A stretch of DNA of 64,000 nucleotides from Candidatus Bathyarchaeota archaeon (GCA_963706285.1 CAVPLU010000004.1:352001-416000); one strand, 5' to 3'. Positions 10,794 through 21,393 are shown, counted from the stretch's first letter. Program-made: numbers and translations. Notes: generated by a model from the letters alone, not told the origin.

Positions 10794-11010
10794 ACGTTCC
10801 CGATTCAGGCTTCTATGTGGCTAGTACAGAGCACATAGGAGTTTGGGCAGTGGGACAGAGACTGTCAGAGGAGAGATGCGACTGACGGATCGCTGATCTG
10901 GACGAGAACCACGAACCTGAGCGTAGGAGCAGTGCCGCATCGGCGGTCGGCAGTTGATGTCGAGCCCTGCAATGCTGTGAAGGAATCCGAGTTGCCGCAC
11001 GTATATGGCT

Positions 11011-12510
11011 CTAACTTCGCTCCCTCTCGACCCATGAGAACTTGCGTTGCAGTGTTTTCGGATAGTATGATTTCCAGTCGAATTCGACTTTCTTGCCCCA
11101 TTGATAGTACAGGCGAGGGTCGATGTAGCTTTTCAGAGAAGTGCCTAGATTGTAATCACGCGTTGCCTTCATTGACTTTATTCTCATTTTCGCTGCTTTG
11201 ACTGCCTCTGCAGATTTCTTCGTCTTTCTAGTTTGAAGCACTTTGAGGTGTTCCGTTTTCTTCGCGAGTGAATTCTCCCAGTTCTTTGGAAGCTTTCGCT
11301 TGTGGTTGCAGATGATGGCGGCTTCAAGATTCGCCATTGTGGCAGTATTCTTCTTGACGTATTCTGGGTCGTCCTTGCTAACTTCAGCGTTCTTTAGGTA
11401 TTCGCCAACGACCTTGGAAGCGTGGTATGTTCTGAATACTTTGGCTGAAACGCCAGGAACGACTTCGCCTAGAAATTCGTTCACGCGGTCTGATCGCACT
11501 CCCTCGAACATGGACGACTGTGCGTTAGCCATGAACTCCTTGAGGTTTTCAACAACCTGCTGGGGTAATTCAACCTCTTTGTACCAGCGTACAGAGTCTT
11601 TGCCGAGGAAATCAAATACGACGTGTCCATTCTCACGTATTTTGATGTGTTCGGGTCTTAGTGTGGTCGCGCCGACAGTATCTGCCTCGTCTTTGTCCTT
11701 CTCGTCACCAACTCGGAGCTTAAGCGCGTCAATAAGATAAGATACTGTGGCGAGCTTTCGCCGTTTGAGATCTTCCGCAGCTAGATTGGCAGAAATGTGA
11801 GCTCGTAAATCGTTGATCTTGCGGTCTAGTGTATTCGCTTTGTCGTACTTCTCGATGTCGCGTTCCTGTTTCACTGAGGACGAGTCTGCTAGCCATACGT
11901 ACTTCTCTTCCCCACGCAGTTTGTCATCCCATTTCGCGACCCACATGGAGTCTGGTTGCCAGATCACCTCTTTCCAGTTGCCTGGAGGTTTGGGCGCGTC
12001 TGGTGAAAGGTTCAGGGTTACGTCAGGTTCGGAGGGGCCTTGTTTCCATTTTCCTCGAAGTGGGTGCTTGCCGCGGCCCATGAAGATGCACGACGGTTCC
12101 GCCATGTAGTTGCCAAGATCGACCTTTTCTCCGTCCACGATCGCCTGACCGTATCTTTCTCTATTTGCTTCTCTGATCGTTTTTCGCTCTGCGGCTAGAC
12201 GTTTCTTCTCCTCCTTTGCCATCGAAAGTTTCTTCGCTCGATCATCTTCAACATACTTGACTACCTCGGTGAAACCAAATTCATTGGGTTTCAACTCGTC
12301 GCTCAATCCAAGAGCCCTGCAGAAGTCTTTGAAGAAGTTCTTGGCAAACACTGGGTCGTCGACGTATTCTGTTCCGAGTTTCCTTACCCAGGCCACAGCC
12401 ATCTCTTCCTGCTGTGGCGTGAGAGAAACGGGTTTCCCATGAATGGTGATCTTGAAGCCTCTCGGCTCATACTTTGGGAACAGGATGCCATTGTGTATCA
12501 GTTGTCTCAT
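11011..12510 (-). CDS. DNA topoisomerase IB (eukaryote-like)
   Basis: HNGILFP, GRGKHPLRG, LRVGDEK, FLGKDS, AKVFRTY, CNH and catalytic SLKSYIDPR. Confidence 0.96.
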   Translation of the reverse strand: MRQLIHNGILFPKYEPRGFKITIHGKPVSLTPQQEEMAVAWVRKLGTEYVDDPVFAKNFFKDFCRALGLSDELKPNEFGFTEVVKYVEDDRAKKLSMAKEEKKRLAAERKTIREANRERYGQAIVDGEKVDLGNYMAEPSCIFMGRGKHPLRGKWKQGPSEPDVTLNLSPDAPKPPGNWKEVIWQPDSMWVAKWDDKLRGEEKYVWLADSSSVKQERDIEKYDKANTLDRKINDLRAHISANLAAEDLKRRKLATVSYLIDALKLRVGDEKDKDEADTVGATTLRPEHIKIRENGHVVFDFLGKDSVRWYKEVELPQQVVENLKEFMANAQSSMFEGVRSDRVNEFLGEVVPGVSAKVFRTYHASKVVGEYLKNAEVSKDDPEYVKKNTATMANLEAAIICNHKRKLPKNWENSLAKKTEHLKVLQTRKTKKSAEAVKAAKMRIKSMKATRDYNLGTSLKSYIDPRLYYQWGKKVEFDWKSYYPKTLQRKFSWVERERS

Positions 12511-12723
12511 CTACCTACCTCCTTGGTGTTGCTTGACCCATTGGAATTCAGAATCCAGCTTTTTTTCCGATCAGATTTTTCGGCCCTAGGAGCGCAAGAG
12601 GGTCATTAAAAGTCATCTCTATGATCCTCGGCATGGTCGGAGAAGACCTGCCAAGTGAGTTGTGGAAGATATGCCGGGTAATCGTCAGCTTGTGGTGCAA
12701 CGCCATAGCGTTCGTCTTTCGCT

Positions 12724-13953
12724 CTAGCTAGGGTTCAGCTTCGCGTGATCGACGACTGAATCCAGTACAGCGAGATGGCGGTTAGAGTCATACTTCCATC
12801 CGCCCTTTTCGAAGAGTTCAAAGGATATTGACTGGCGAGACTGTGCCTCGGGTCTGATTCTGACTGCGGAATAGTCGCTTACTTCGCCCGACCTCGCCAG
12901 TTTTGAAAACATCTCAAAGAGCCTTCCGGTCTCGCTACGTGGGGTGTAGGTCCTCACGCCTATCTTCCTCTCACCCAAAACCTTCACTGTGCGGAAGACT
13001 GGAAACATCTCCTCAGATGCTCCAAAGAAAGCGTTCATGCCTTCCTCATCCTCGAAACTGACGAGAACCTCGTACATGTCCGAAAGTTCCGGTGGGTGAG
13101 GCCACACGTTAATGACGAAGTCTTTGATGAGGCCTCGTGGGAGAATCCGCTTGTCGTACCGATACTTGACAGCTTGAAGCGTGATTCCCAAGTTCTTCGA
13201 AATCTCCGAGAACTTGGTTCGAGCGTCGTTCTCAAGTTCCGCCAAAATCAGCAGATCTGTCCTATCTGCGTCGATTGAGTAGTGTGAGGCATCATGAATC
13301 GGCTTAAGGTGGACTTTGTCTTCGATCGAGCTGATCCATCTGTCCCACTCGAACGTCCACGTACAATCTGCTGGGTCGTATAGCTGGAAGTTCGGAAATC
13401 CGTAGTGATAGTCCGATACCCACAATATCTCGTGCTTTCGAACCAGCCCTCTCTCTTGAGTCTCGTCAAGGTACTTTTCGAACTCACGATCGTGGCCTTC
13501 AGGAACGGCATGAAGTGCGTAATGAGTGAATCCGCCCTCGCATCTAGTGATAGTCTTCCAGTAGTTCGGAATTGCGAGAGCTTCGGTCACCGACTCCTCC
13601 AGACCTGGATTTGATTCGACAAGTGTGATGCACTTCCGCAGCCCCAGCCTCGAGTGATCGAGGTTAACTATTGAGAGCGTTCCAAACTGTTCCTCAAGCC
13701 TCCGAGCGCGATCGTACACGCTTGTTGGAGGCATCCCCGCGACCCTCGCAATTTCAAGAAGGTTTCGGGGACCAATCTTATGCATCAGTGTTAAGATGCG
13801 GATGTTCGTTTCATCAAGGGCATACATCAACTTGCCCATACGTCGGAGCCGCTGCTCAGCCGAAAGCCTCTCAATTGGCCCCGAGACCCGCATCCCGAAT
13901 ACACTCATTGTAGATTCCACGCCTTCCCTTATGAAACCTCCGAAACTCGTCAA
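12724..13953 (-). CDS. Lrp/AsnC-type regulator with two HTH modules
   Basis: Two wHTH repeats (LDETNIRIL...IARVAG and DRTDLLILAELENDAR...ISKNLG); start uncertain. Confidence 0.85.
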   Translation of the reverse strand: MTSFGGFIREGVESTMSVFGMRVSGPIERLSAEQRLRRMGKLMYALDETNIRILTLMHKIGPRNLLEIARVAGMPPTSVYDRARRLEEQFGTLSIVNLDHSRLGLRKCITLVESNPGLEESVTEALAIPNYWKTITRCEGGFTHYALHAVPEGHDREFEKYLDETQERGLVRKHEILWVSDYHYGFPNFQLYDPADCTWTFEWDRWISSIEDKVHLKPIHDASHYSIDADRTDLLILAELENDARTKFSEISKNLGITLQAVKYRYDKRILPRGLIKDFVINVWPHPPELSDMYEVLVSFEDEEGMNAFFGASEEMFPVFRTVKVLGERKIGVRTYTPRSETGRLFEMFSKLARSGEVSDYSAVRIRPEAQSRQSISFELFEKGGWKYDSNRHLAVLDSVVDHAKLNPS

Positions 13954-14207
13954 GCAGCCCCACTGGAGGTCCGCTGACGAGCGTCAGCTGAGTCTAATCC
14001 CAGCCGCCCGGTCCAGCACCGCGACCCATGACATTACACCTGCCATGTACATCCATGGTCGGTCTTATTTTATAATTTACGGAGGCTTGTGCATGTTGGT
14101 GTATATCTTTAAGAACGTCTATCCTCCGTGTGGACAAGGAGAGTGTCAGAACCTTCCTGGGCCCTTCCAAGCCTCACTCCTCTGCATCGAAAGGTGAAAT
14201 CTCAGTC

Positions 14208-14594
14208 ATGACTACTGCAACCCGAGGGGCGTATTCCAGCGCAGAATATGCATTCCAGGCGCTTCTGCACGACTCGGTGACAGAGGTATTCAGCGGGACT
14301 CTTGGCAAGATTGCAGGTGAGGCCCTCCTCGAAGCGATCAAGAAACATGCGCCTTCGGAGGGTGAGGATCCACTGGAAAAACCGGAACTTCTAGACCAGA
14401 TGTTGATCGCACACCTGGGCTTAGTCGCGCAGGTCTTGGAACGAAGGATCCTGAGAACGCTTGGGACCAAGACTGCGACTGCAGCATCATTGCGCGAGAA
14501 TGAGCGTATCGATTTCCCATTAGAAGTTGAGAAGATCAGAAAGCAGTTCCTGAAACGTAAACAGGCAGCAGACCGGCCGCAAGCGGTGGAATGA
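14208..14594 (+). CDS. Hypothetical helical protein (DUF3227-like)
   Basis: AGGTGA RBS before ATG 14208; pattern resembles small TACK DUF3227-type proteins. Confidence 0.6.
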   Translation: MTTATRGAYSSAEYAFQALLHDSVTEVFSGTLGKIAGEALLEAIKKHAPSEGEDPLEKPELLDQMLIAHLGLVAQVLERRILRTLGTKTATAASLRENERIDFPLEVEKIRKQFLKRKQAADRPQAVE

Positions 14595-14741
14595 CGAAAA
14601 CTATCAATTCTGCGCTGAGATTTCTTCACCAGAACTGGCCGAGACTCGTACTTGAGATTGGCCGAGATGACAACGATCCTCAACCTTGACTCCGGAACGC
14701 CTCCAGATAATACCTCCCACATCTCGAACACCACTCTTGTT

Positions 14742-16028
14742 ATGAACACGGAAGAATCTTCGAAAGAGGTGAAGGGTTTCTCGGCTGCCAGAGGGAGAAT
14801 TCAGATCCCCCTTGTTCTGTTGGGGATGGCTCTCTTGATCGTGAATCTTGGGTTTGGGATGTTCACACCGATCCTACCGCAATATGCGAGCCTGCTCGGA
14901 ATCGATGCTACAGTTCTCAGCTACGTGTACTCGCTCTACAACGTGGCATTGATCGTCTGTCTGATCCCAGCAGGGATCATGGCAGATCGTCTAGGCCGAG
15001 TGAAGACGATTGTGATTGGCATGATACTATTCGCTGTCTCTTCACTCATGCTTGCGTTTGTCAAGGACCTGATACAATTCGCAATCGCGCGGACAATCGA
15101 AGGCGTTGGGTCAGCTCTGGCGACCCCGGCTGTTTTCGCGTTGACCGCCGATCTAGCGCCAACTGATCGAAGAGGAAGTGGAATGGGTTTCACGGCGACA
15201 CTCGAAACCGTCGGAAACTTAGCGAGCCCCACCGTAGGTGGGCTAATTGCACAGACCTTCGGGCTAACGGTTCCCTTCTATGCGGCTTTCTTGTTGGCCC
15301 TATTGTCGGCAGTCTTTGTTCTTCCAATCAAAGATCGAGCGCGAGCCGTTGACTCTTCGCCGTCAGTATCGTCTCCTCTTGCAGCCTACAGATCACTACG
15401 CCGAAACCTCTTGGAGAACAGAAGCCTACCGACACTCTGCTTCAGAGGGTTCATCATAGGCATCACCCAAGGACTCTACGTGCTCATTTTCGTGCTATAC
15501 ATGTCGTTCAAACTGGGCATGGCACCGGTACAGATCGGATTCGCATTCAGCCTCATCAGCGGGTCAATTCTAGCATTCACTTTCTTTGCGGGACACTTCT
15601 CAGACAGATACGGAAGAAAGCCCTTCGTGATCTTGGGCGGAATCATCATTGCCTCAGGAGTTATTGCGTTCTCTTTCACGAATTCGTTGTTGGAAGTCTA
15701 CTTGGTCTGCCTCGTTCTCGGACTTGGAGTGGCTCTGAATAATGCACCCATAAACGCGCTTCTCGCCGACAGCATAATTCCGGATATTCGAGCGAAGGTA
15801 ATGGGAGGCTACGAAGTGATCGTTTCACTCGGGCGAACGCTCGGCCTCTTACTGCTCGGAGGCTTGTACGTGATGTCAGTCGCAGCGCCGTTCTACATAA
15901 TTGGAGCTTCCATGCTCCTGACAGTCGTGCTCGTTGCATTCTTTGTTAGAGAACCAATTATGAAACACGCGAAAGGATCTGCAGACCTGGGAGAAACGTT
16001 AGGGACGATCGAAGAGTTGCGAGCATAG
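14742..16028 (+). CDS. MFS transporter (DHA1-like)
   Basis: About 12 TM helices; motif A GIMADRLGR and GHFSDRYGRK. Confidence 0.93.
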   Translation: MNTEESSKEVKGFSAARGRIQIPLVLLGMALLIVNLGFGMFTPILPQYASLLGIDATVLSYVYSLYNVALIVCLIPAGIMADRLGRVKTIVIGMILFAVSSLMLAFVKDLIQFAIARTIEGVGSALATPAVFALTADLAPTDRRGSGMGFTATLETVGNLASPTVGGLIAQTFGLTVPFYAAFLLALLSAVFVLPIKDRARAVDSSPSVSSPLAAYRSLRRNLLENRSLPTLCFRGFIIGITQGLYVLIFVLYMSFKLGMAPVQIGFAFSLISGSILAFTFFAGHFSDRYGRKPFVILGGIIIASGVIAFSFTNSLLEVYLVCLVLGLGVALNNAPINALLADSIIPDIRAKVMGGYEVIVSLGRTLGLLLLGGLYVMSVAAPFYIIGASMLLTVVLVAFFVREPIMKHAKGSADLGETLGTIEELRA

Positions 16029-16096
16029 CAATAGATCGAGGAGCATCCCGTAAGCTTGATCTTAAAGAGAGACAAGTCTTGTTTACGATGTGATGT

Positions 16097-16189
16097 GCCT
16101 CGGTAGCTCAGCCGGTAGATGTCACAGCAGCCAAGAGCACCCGCCTCGTAAGCGGGAGGTCGCGGGATCGAAGCCCGCCCGAGGCTCCA
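16097..16189 (+). tRNA. tRNA-Thr(CGT) with D-arm intron at about 22/23 (16119-16135)
   Basis: GCCTCGG/CCGAGGC stem, CCCGC-CTCGTAA-GCGGG anticodon arm, encoded CCA; relaxed BHB. Confidence 0.92.
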
Positions 16190-16230
16190 TCTCTCATCTC
16201 ATCTTGAAAGTAAAGCGTTCTCAGCGGTAC

Positions 16231-16440
16231 CTATTCCTTGGCTTTGAGTTTTCGCCCGCACGAGCCGCAGAACTTTGCATAATGTGGATTGACTTGGCTG
16301 CAATAGGAACACGTTGCCGCCAGCAGCGAGTTACCACAGTCATAGCAGAACTTGTTGAGGTTTGGGTTGCCCACGCCACACTTGTTACAGAAAACCATGT
16401 TTGAGATAGCAGGTTTCTCTTCCATCACAAAATCCTCCAT
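16231..16440 (-). CDS. Double zinc-ribbon protein
   Basis: Four CxxC motifs. Confidence 0.75.
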   Translation of the reverse strand: MEDFVMEEKPAISNMVFCNKCGVGNPNLNKFCYDCGNSLLAATCSYCSQVNPHYAKFCGSCGRKLKAKE

Positions 16441-16768
16441 ATGGCTTTGTTCTCAGGCTCTATCCTGTCATTAGGTTGCTTTTTCCGTTTTCCCTCGTGG
16501 CCTCGAGTGTTGGTTCTCCCAGGCGTCCATCTGGTAATGATCTCTTTCCCCTCAAGACTTGAGGTGTAAACGCCTTGACTGGATCATGACTGAACAATGA
16601 ACATATGTCCCAAGAACGAATGAGTGTTGACCCATGTGAGTAACGAAATTCCGCGATCTAAGGGCGAAATTGGTGACGGATTTGTCGCATTCGTGACCGC
16701 AATGTAAATGAGTGAAGCCCCCATACCGTTTCGCGTGGATATCTCAGCGACTGAGTGTGACATTAGAC

Positions 16769-16969
16769 ATGGCACGTGAAGCAAAGGAAAGCGACTATTC
16801 TGACGATGAAATCGAGCAGATCTTCGGTATGGGAGGCGCCGAGACTAAAGTTGTTTTGAAGGAGATTCGCGAGACCATGAGAGAAAACCCTCTCCTTGTT
16901 GCGGCCCTCGTCTTTGCGCTCGGCATCTTGGTTGGAGCGAGCATCAGTCACGGTCACAAGAGATCCTGA
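16769..16969 (+). CDS. DUF883/YqjD-ElaB-like tail-anchored protein
   Basis: Charged N-terminus, then RENPLLVAALVFALGILVG C-terminal TM. Confidence 0.6.
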   Translation: MAREAKESDYSDDEIEQIFGMGGAETKVVLKEIRETMRENPLLVAALVFALGILVGASISHGHKRS

Positions 16970-17034
16970 CAGTCAAATACCCATGCGTTAGGTTCTTATC
17001 CGCCGTGAACACGTGAAGTCATCAGGGATCATTC

Positions 17035-17256
17035 TTGGCAAGAGACAAAGAAGCTGAAGAAATGAGAGCCATGGAAGATGACTACAAGGCTCTCAAGAAG
17101 GACCTGGATGCACGCTATGTAGAGCTCCGAGATCAGGTCAAGACTTTGCAGCAGAAGACCGCGAAGACGGTCACAGAGCGCCCACTCTTAGCGCTTGGGA
17201 TCGCTTTTGTGGTGGGAATGGCATTCGGGGTCGCATTGTCCGGGTCCAGAGACTAG
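17035..17256 (+). CDS. DUF883/YqjD-ElaB-like tail-anchored protein
   Basis: Coiled coil, then VTERPLLALGIAFVVGMAFG. Confidence 0.65.
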   Translation: MARDKEAEEMRAMEDDYKALKKDLDARYVELRDQVKTLQQKTAKTVTERPLLALGIAFVVGMAFGVALSGSRD

Positions 17257-17265
17257 GCGTAGCCG

Positions 17266-17565
17266 ATGTCAGAAGACACCAAGTCGTCGCTAATCGAGAC
17301 CGTAGTCAGGACACTGGCCCAGCGAACTATGGGCACTGTCACGAAATATGTCGAACGTGCGATCAAACGAACCCTTCGTTTAGCCGGGTTATACGCGGTA
17401 GGGATACTCGTTGCCATCATTGGTCTGGTTTTCTGGGCAATCGGAGTTGTGAAGTGGCTGGCTATGATAGTGCCGAGCTGGCTGGCTTGGCTAATAGTGG
17501 GAATAGTCATGCTTCTAGTTGGTATGGTTATCGTTTTGGCCGCATCTCTTGCTTCAAGAAGCTAG
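17266..17565 (+). CDS. YqjE/holin-like two-TM protein
   Basis: Amphipathic N-terminus and two TM helices with PSWLAWLIVG; follows the DUF883-like genes. Confidence 0.6.
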   Translation: MSEDTKSSLIETVVRTLAQRTMGTVTKYVERAIKRTLRLAGLYAVGILVAIIGLVFWAIGVVKWLAMIVPSWLAWLIVGIVMLLVGMVIVLAASLASRS

Positions 17566-17684
17566 GATCGTGAGCAGCGTCCCCGAATGAGTATGGCGAG
17601 AACCCGATCTGCAATATCAAGACAATGCTCATTGAGACCGATTCGGACTCTTTTTATTGAGATATTGCGTTCTGATCGCACAAT

Positions 17685-17814
17685 GGGGTCGTGGGCTAGA
17701 CGCCGTCTGCGTTCTAGGCGGCGGGCTTACCTGGTCTACGCTTCGCGGCTTGGGAGATTCCAGGAAATCCAGGAGCCCGCGAGGTCGTGGGTTCAAATCC
17801 CACCGACCCCACCA
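17685..17814 (+). tRNA. tRNA-Pro(TGG) with introns at 15/16 (17700-17729) and 37/38 (17755-17775)
   Basis: GGGGTCG/CGACCCC stem, encoded CCA; both BHBs fold. Confidence 0.93.
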
Positions 17815-17857
17815 ACAGGGGGCCCCGCCGCCACCAACTAAGAATCACTCCAGACTC

Positions 17858-18809
17858 TTAGCGCCCTGCCAACCGAGCGCCACATTCTTGGCAGTAGATG
17901 CTATTGCTTGGGGTCTTGGCTCCACAGTGCATGCAGAACTTCGTTGATATTGCAGGTGCGGTCGCTGACGAAACAGCCTTGATTGCGGGCTGAGTGGTCA
18001 CTCCAGTAGGAGCTGGCGGGGCGGCTTTCCCTCTTTTCATGAGCAGTAATGCAGCGACTACTGCTACAACCACGATTGCACCCAAAGCCAAAAGCAACCT
18101 GTAGTCCATCCACGATTGAACATTCGTCCAATCAGAAGAAGTAGTTCGAGTAGTGGTTGGACTGGATGTAGTGCTCACGCTGGTTAGGGTAGTCTCTTGT
18201 GTTGAATAGGCAGTGCTCTCAGTCGTCAGGGTAGTAAGTTGCGTCGAATAGACTGTGCGCACGCTCGTTCTTGTGGATTGTGTCTCCCGTACGCCTGCAT
18301 CAACGTTGAAAACGATCTTGGCAGCACGATATTTGTCAGCATTCATGAAGATAAAGGGGTATTTTCCGCTGGATGGTATCTGCGCTGTGAAGTCAGCTGA
18401 ACCAGACTTGAAAACAAACAACTTGTCCACGCCCCTGAAACCCCATTCTTCATCGCAGCCTTCAAGGGCCTTCCATCTCGCATAGTCATCTGGCGTGAGC
18501 AACCAGAAGGTCACAGAGTCCCCAGCCGTGGTGTACGAAATATGCACTTGCCCTGCTGTAAGGTTCATACTGCCAAAAAAGTAGGATGCACAGTTCACTT
18601 GACCTGCAGCAGGAAGATCTATCACCTGCCCCTTTACAAGCCAAACGGTGCTGCTTGTCCTTGTCACAGATAATTCAGTAGTAGTGTAGGGCAGGACTGT
18701 CGTTAGCGTCACAGTCTGCGAACTCTCATTGTAATCCGAGTACGAGAGACCAGTTCCAAGAACCGCAGAGCAAAATCGCCAACGCAACGAGCACACTGGC
18801 AGTCTTCAT
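17858..18809 (-). CDS. Exported Ser/Thr-rich membrane protein with C-terminal zinc ribbon; frameshift near 18770
   Basis: Signal MKTASVLVALAILL starts at 18809 in another frame; Thr-rich linker, TM, FCMHCG...YCQECG. Confidence 0.7.
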
Positions 18810-19261
18810 CTCAGAACCAGCTTACGATTCACATTGAGTCATTCAGAGTATAGCTCTTGTCATTCCGCAACTTACACAGGATGCTCCGCTAGAAACCCGG
18901 AATTCGAGGCCACCAACCCGTCCAAGACCCCTACTCCAATCTCGTCATCTGAGCGTAGAAGAAAGCGAACAAACCCCTCCCGATCCAGATGTTCCCGTAG
19001 AACACAGCTCCAAGAAAAACCATGTCACCAAAAATACGGCCCGTGACTATCCAGTTCGCCTCAATCACCATCTATCATGATGACTATGCGAACCCATATT
19101 CCCTATGGGTTTGAGCATACAATGTTTGGATGCCAAGGGAATTTTTGATGTCAGATGCAGATGAAAGACGAGAAGAGATTCGGGAAGGTGATTCGCCAGT
19201 AGCTTATGGTCTGGTGGTTCTTTGAAGGAGACCGATGTTTCGTGGAACGACGCAGAGACGA

Positions 19262-19288
19262 GTGGGTTCAGATCCCGCTGACCCCACC
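19262..19288 (+). repeat. Degenerate copy of tRNA-Pro 3' end (att-like)
   Basis: 24/27 identity to 17787-17813. Confidence 0.7.
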
Positions 19289-19613
19289 GAGCAATATTGC
19301 GTCGCACGAAAGCGCAGGGGCAAACACAGCATATCGTTCCGCATCGCGCCTTTACGGGGGCAAATGAGAGCGTTCTCGTTGGCAATAATGCGTGATCCGT
19401 ATGTCGGGTTGTATTAGTCGCCGAGGCTTCTTTGAAGACATTGCCTGCGAGACTGGTGAATCATAGTCAAGATCAAGATCATCGAACACTCTTGCACATT
19501 CTTGAGGCATGACCTTGACCAGGAATCATGGTATGGTTGCACTTCAGATATCGCTCAACGTTGTTGCCTGTGGATTCGACAGGAAGAACAAGGGAAGTTG
19601 TCATTGTCATTAG

Positions 19614-19726
19614 TGGTGGACCGGGCGGGATTCGGACCCGCGACCTTCCGGTTCCTCGGGCAAAGCCTTGCGAACCGGACGTTCTTCGGCCCCATCCAAG
19701 GGCATACCAGGCTGAACTACCGGCCC
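19614..19726 (-). tRNA. tRNA-Ala(CGC) with introns at 21/22 (19685-19703) and 37/38 (19653-19668)
   Basis: G3:U70 pair, encoded CCA; both BHBs fold. Confidence 0.93.
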
Positions 19727-19874
19727 AACGTATCGTCAGAAGTGAGGCTGCGCTCTCGCTAATAGCGATTTCTCGATACCTCTTAAGGCAATACGAAGCT
19801 GGCGATCGATTCAGATATCTCCCGGCTTCAGAGACAAGTCTTTAAGCAAACTTGGAAGCTAGCTCCCGCAAAGT

Positions 19875-20006
19875 GGGCCTGTAGCTCAGCTTGGTGGAGC
19901 ACACGGCTGATATGCGGCTGTACTCCGCTTTGCCACCGTGACGGGTAAGGAACAGGTTCCTTTCCCGCGGTATGGGTCGCCGGTTCGAATCCGGCCAGGC
20001 CCACCA
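19875..20006 (+). tRNA. tRNA-Ile(GAT) with introns at 37/38 (19913-19934) and 43/44 (19941-19973)
   Basis: GGGCCTG/CAGGCCC stem, encoded CCA; ACCG/CGGT BHB helix. Confidence 0.93.
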
Positions 20007-20027
20007 ATTCTCATATTCACGAGAGCC

Positions 20028-20320
20028 TTAATCTAGCATTGGCATCTTCAAGTGATTTTCACGTGCAGTCTTCTTCGCATACTCGTAGCCGGCGTCAGCG
20101 TGACGGACAACTCCAATGCCCGGATCTGTAGTCAGAACGTTTACGATTTTTCCTTCAGCCAGTTTTGTTCCATCCGCAACTAGACACATTCCGGCGTGGA
20201 TGCTGTAGCCGATTCCCACTCCTCCGCCGTGATGTACTGAGACCCATGTTGCGCCAGAGACCACGTTCAAGAGGGCATTCAGGATCGGCCAGTCTGCGAC
20301 TGCATCACTGCCATCCATCT
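20028..20320 (-). pseudogene. hutU: Urocanate hydratase C-terminal fragment
   Basis: [15 protein letters not shown]...[13 protein letters not shown]...[14 protein letters not shown]. Confidence 0.9.
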
Positions 20321-21198
20321 GCCATCTCTTCGAGTCCCGTATCTGAGGAACATAGAAGACGGTCTGCCGAGACTGCGCCAACCTCAGCCGCTAACGCAGC
20401 TCCACCGGTGTCGACAAATTCATCCGCATGAATTTTCGGTTTCAATCCTAGTCGCTGAGCAGCCTTGAGGATTCTTCGTGATTGTTCAATCGTGAAGACG
20501 CCTTTTTCACAGAACACGTCGCAGAACCGAGCTAACTTCTTCTCTGCGACTTTCGGAATCATATCTTCTATGACTAGGTCCACATACTCGTTCGATCTTC
20601 CCTCGTACTCTTCAGGAATCGCATGTGCGCCCAAGAAAGTTGGAACAACATCGAACGGTCCGGCCCTGTCTAGAGATCCTGCGACTTGCAGATATTTGAT
20701 TTCCTTAGACGTGGTGAGGCCGTACCCACTTTTTGTTTCTATTGTGGTGGTCCCATGCAGAAGCAATGATCGTGCTCTCTTGAGAGAGATATCGAAAAGC
20801 TGGTGCTTTCCTGTCTTTCTTGTTTCTTTGACTGTACTTAGGATTCCGCCGCCTGCGACGAGGATTTCCATATAGGATTTCCCGCTGAGTTTCATCTCGA
20901 ATTCCATATCTCTGAAGCCGGCAAAGATGAGGCGAGTGTGAGGATCAACTAGTCCAGGCAGTACCGTCTTGTCTGAAGCGTCGATTACGTGCTTGGATCG
21001 ATACGCTGAGAGTATTTCACGCGTTTTTCCGACCTTGACTATTCTTCCATTTCGAATAGCGATCGCGCCGTCATGAATTACTGTGATGTTGCATTGTTGA
21101 GGGCCGAACGCAGGATGAAGATTTCTTCCCGTAGGTGTAGCGATCTCAGCGGCGTGAGCTGCAATGAGGTCGACTTCTTGTCGCTGCAAGTCGATCAT
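20305..21198 (-). pseudogene. hutI: Imidazolonepropionase, truncated
   Basis: GGGILSTV, ETKSGYGL, TFLGAHA, FCDVFCE, IHADE; metal-site His replaced (DPHTRL, SADRL); C-terminal region missing. Confidence 0.88.
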
Positions 21199-21393
21199 CT
21201 AGTATGAGATGTTCGTAGGATTTGAGAACATGCTGTATTAGATGTTCACTCTGAATGAGGCAGAACGTTTTGATTGGCGATTCTTGATCGAAGCTCACAA
21301 GGGTTATGAGTGAGTGTGACGATCGAATTGTGTACACTTCAACGCTCGGCGAAGTTAGGCATGTACGTTGAAACGAGTTCACTGAAAATTGAC

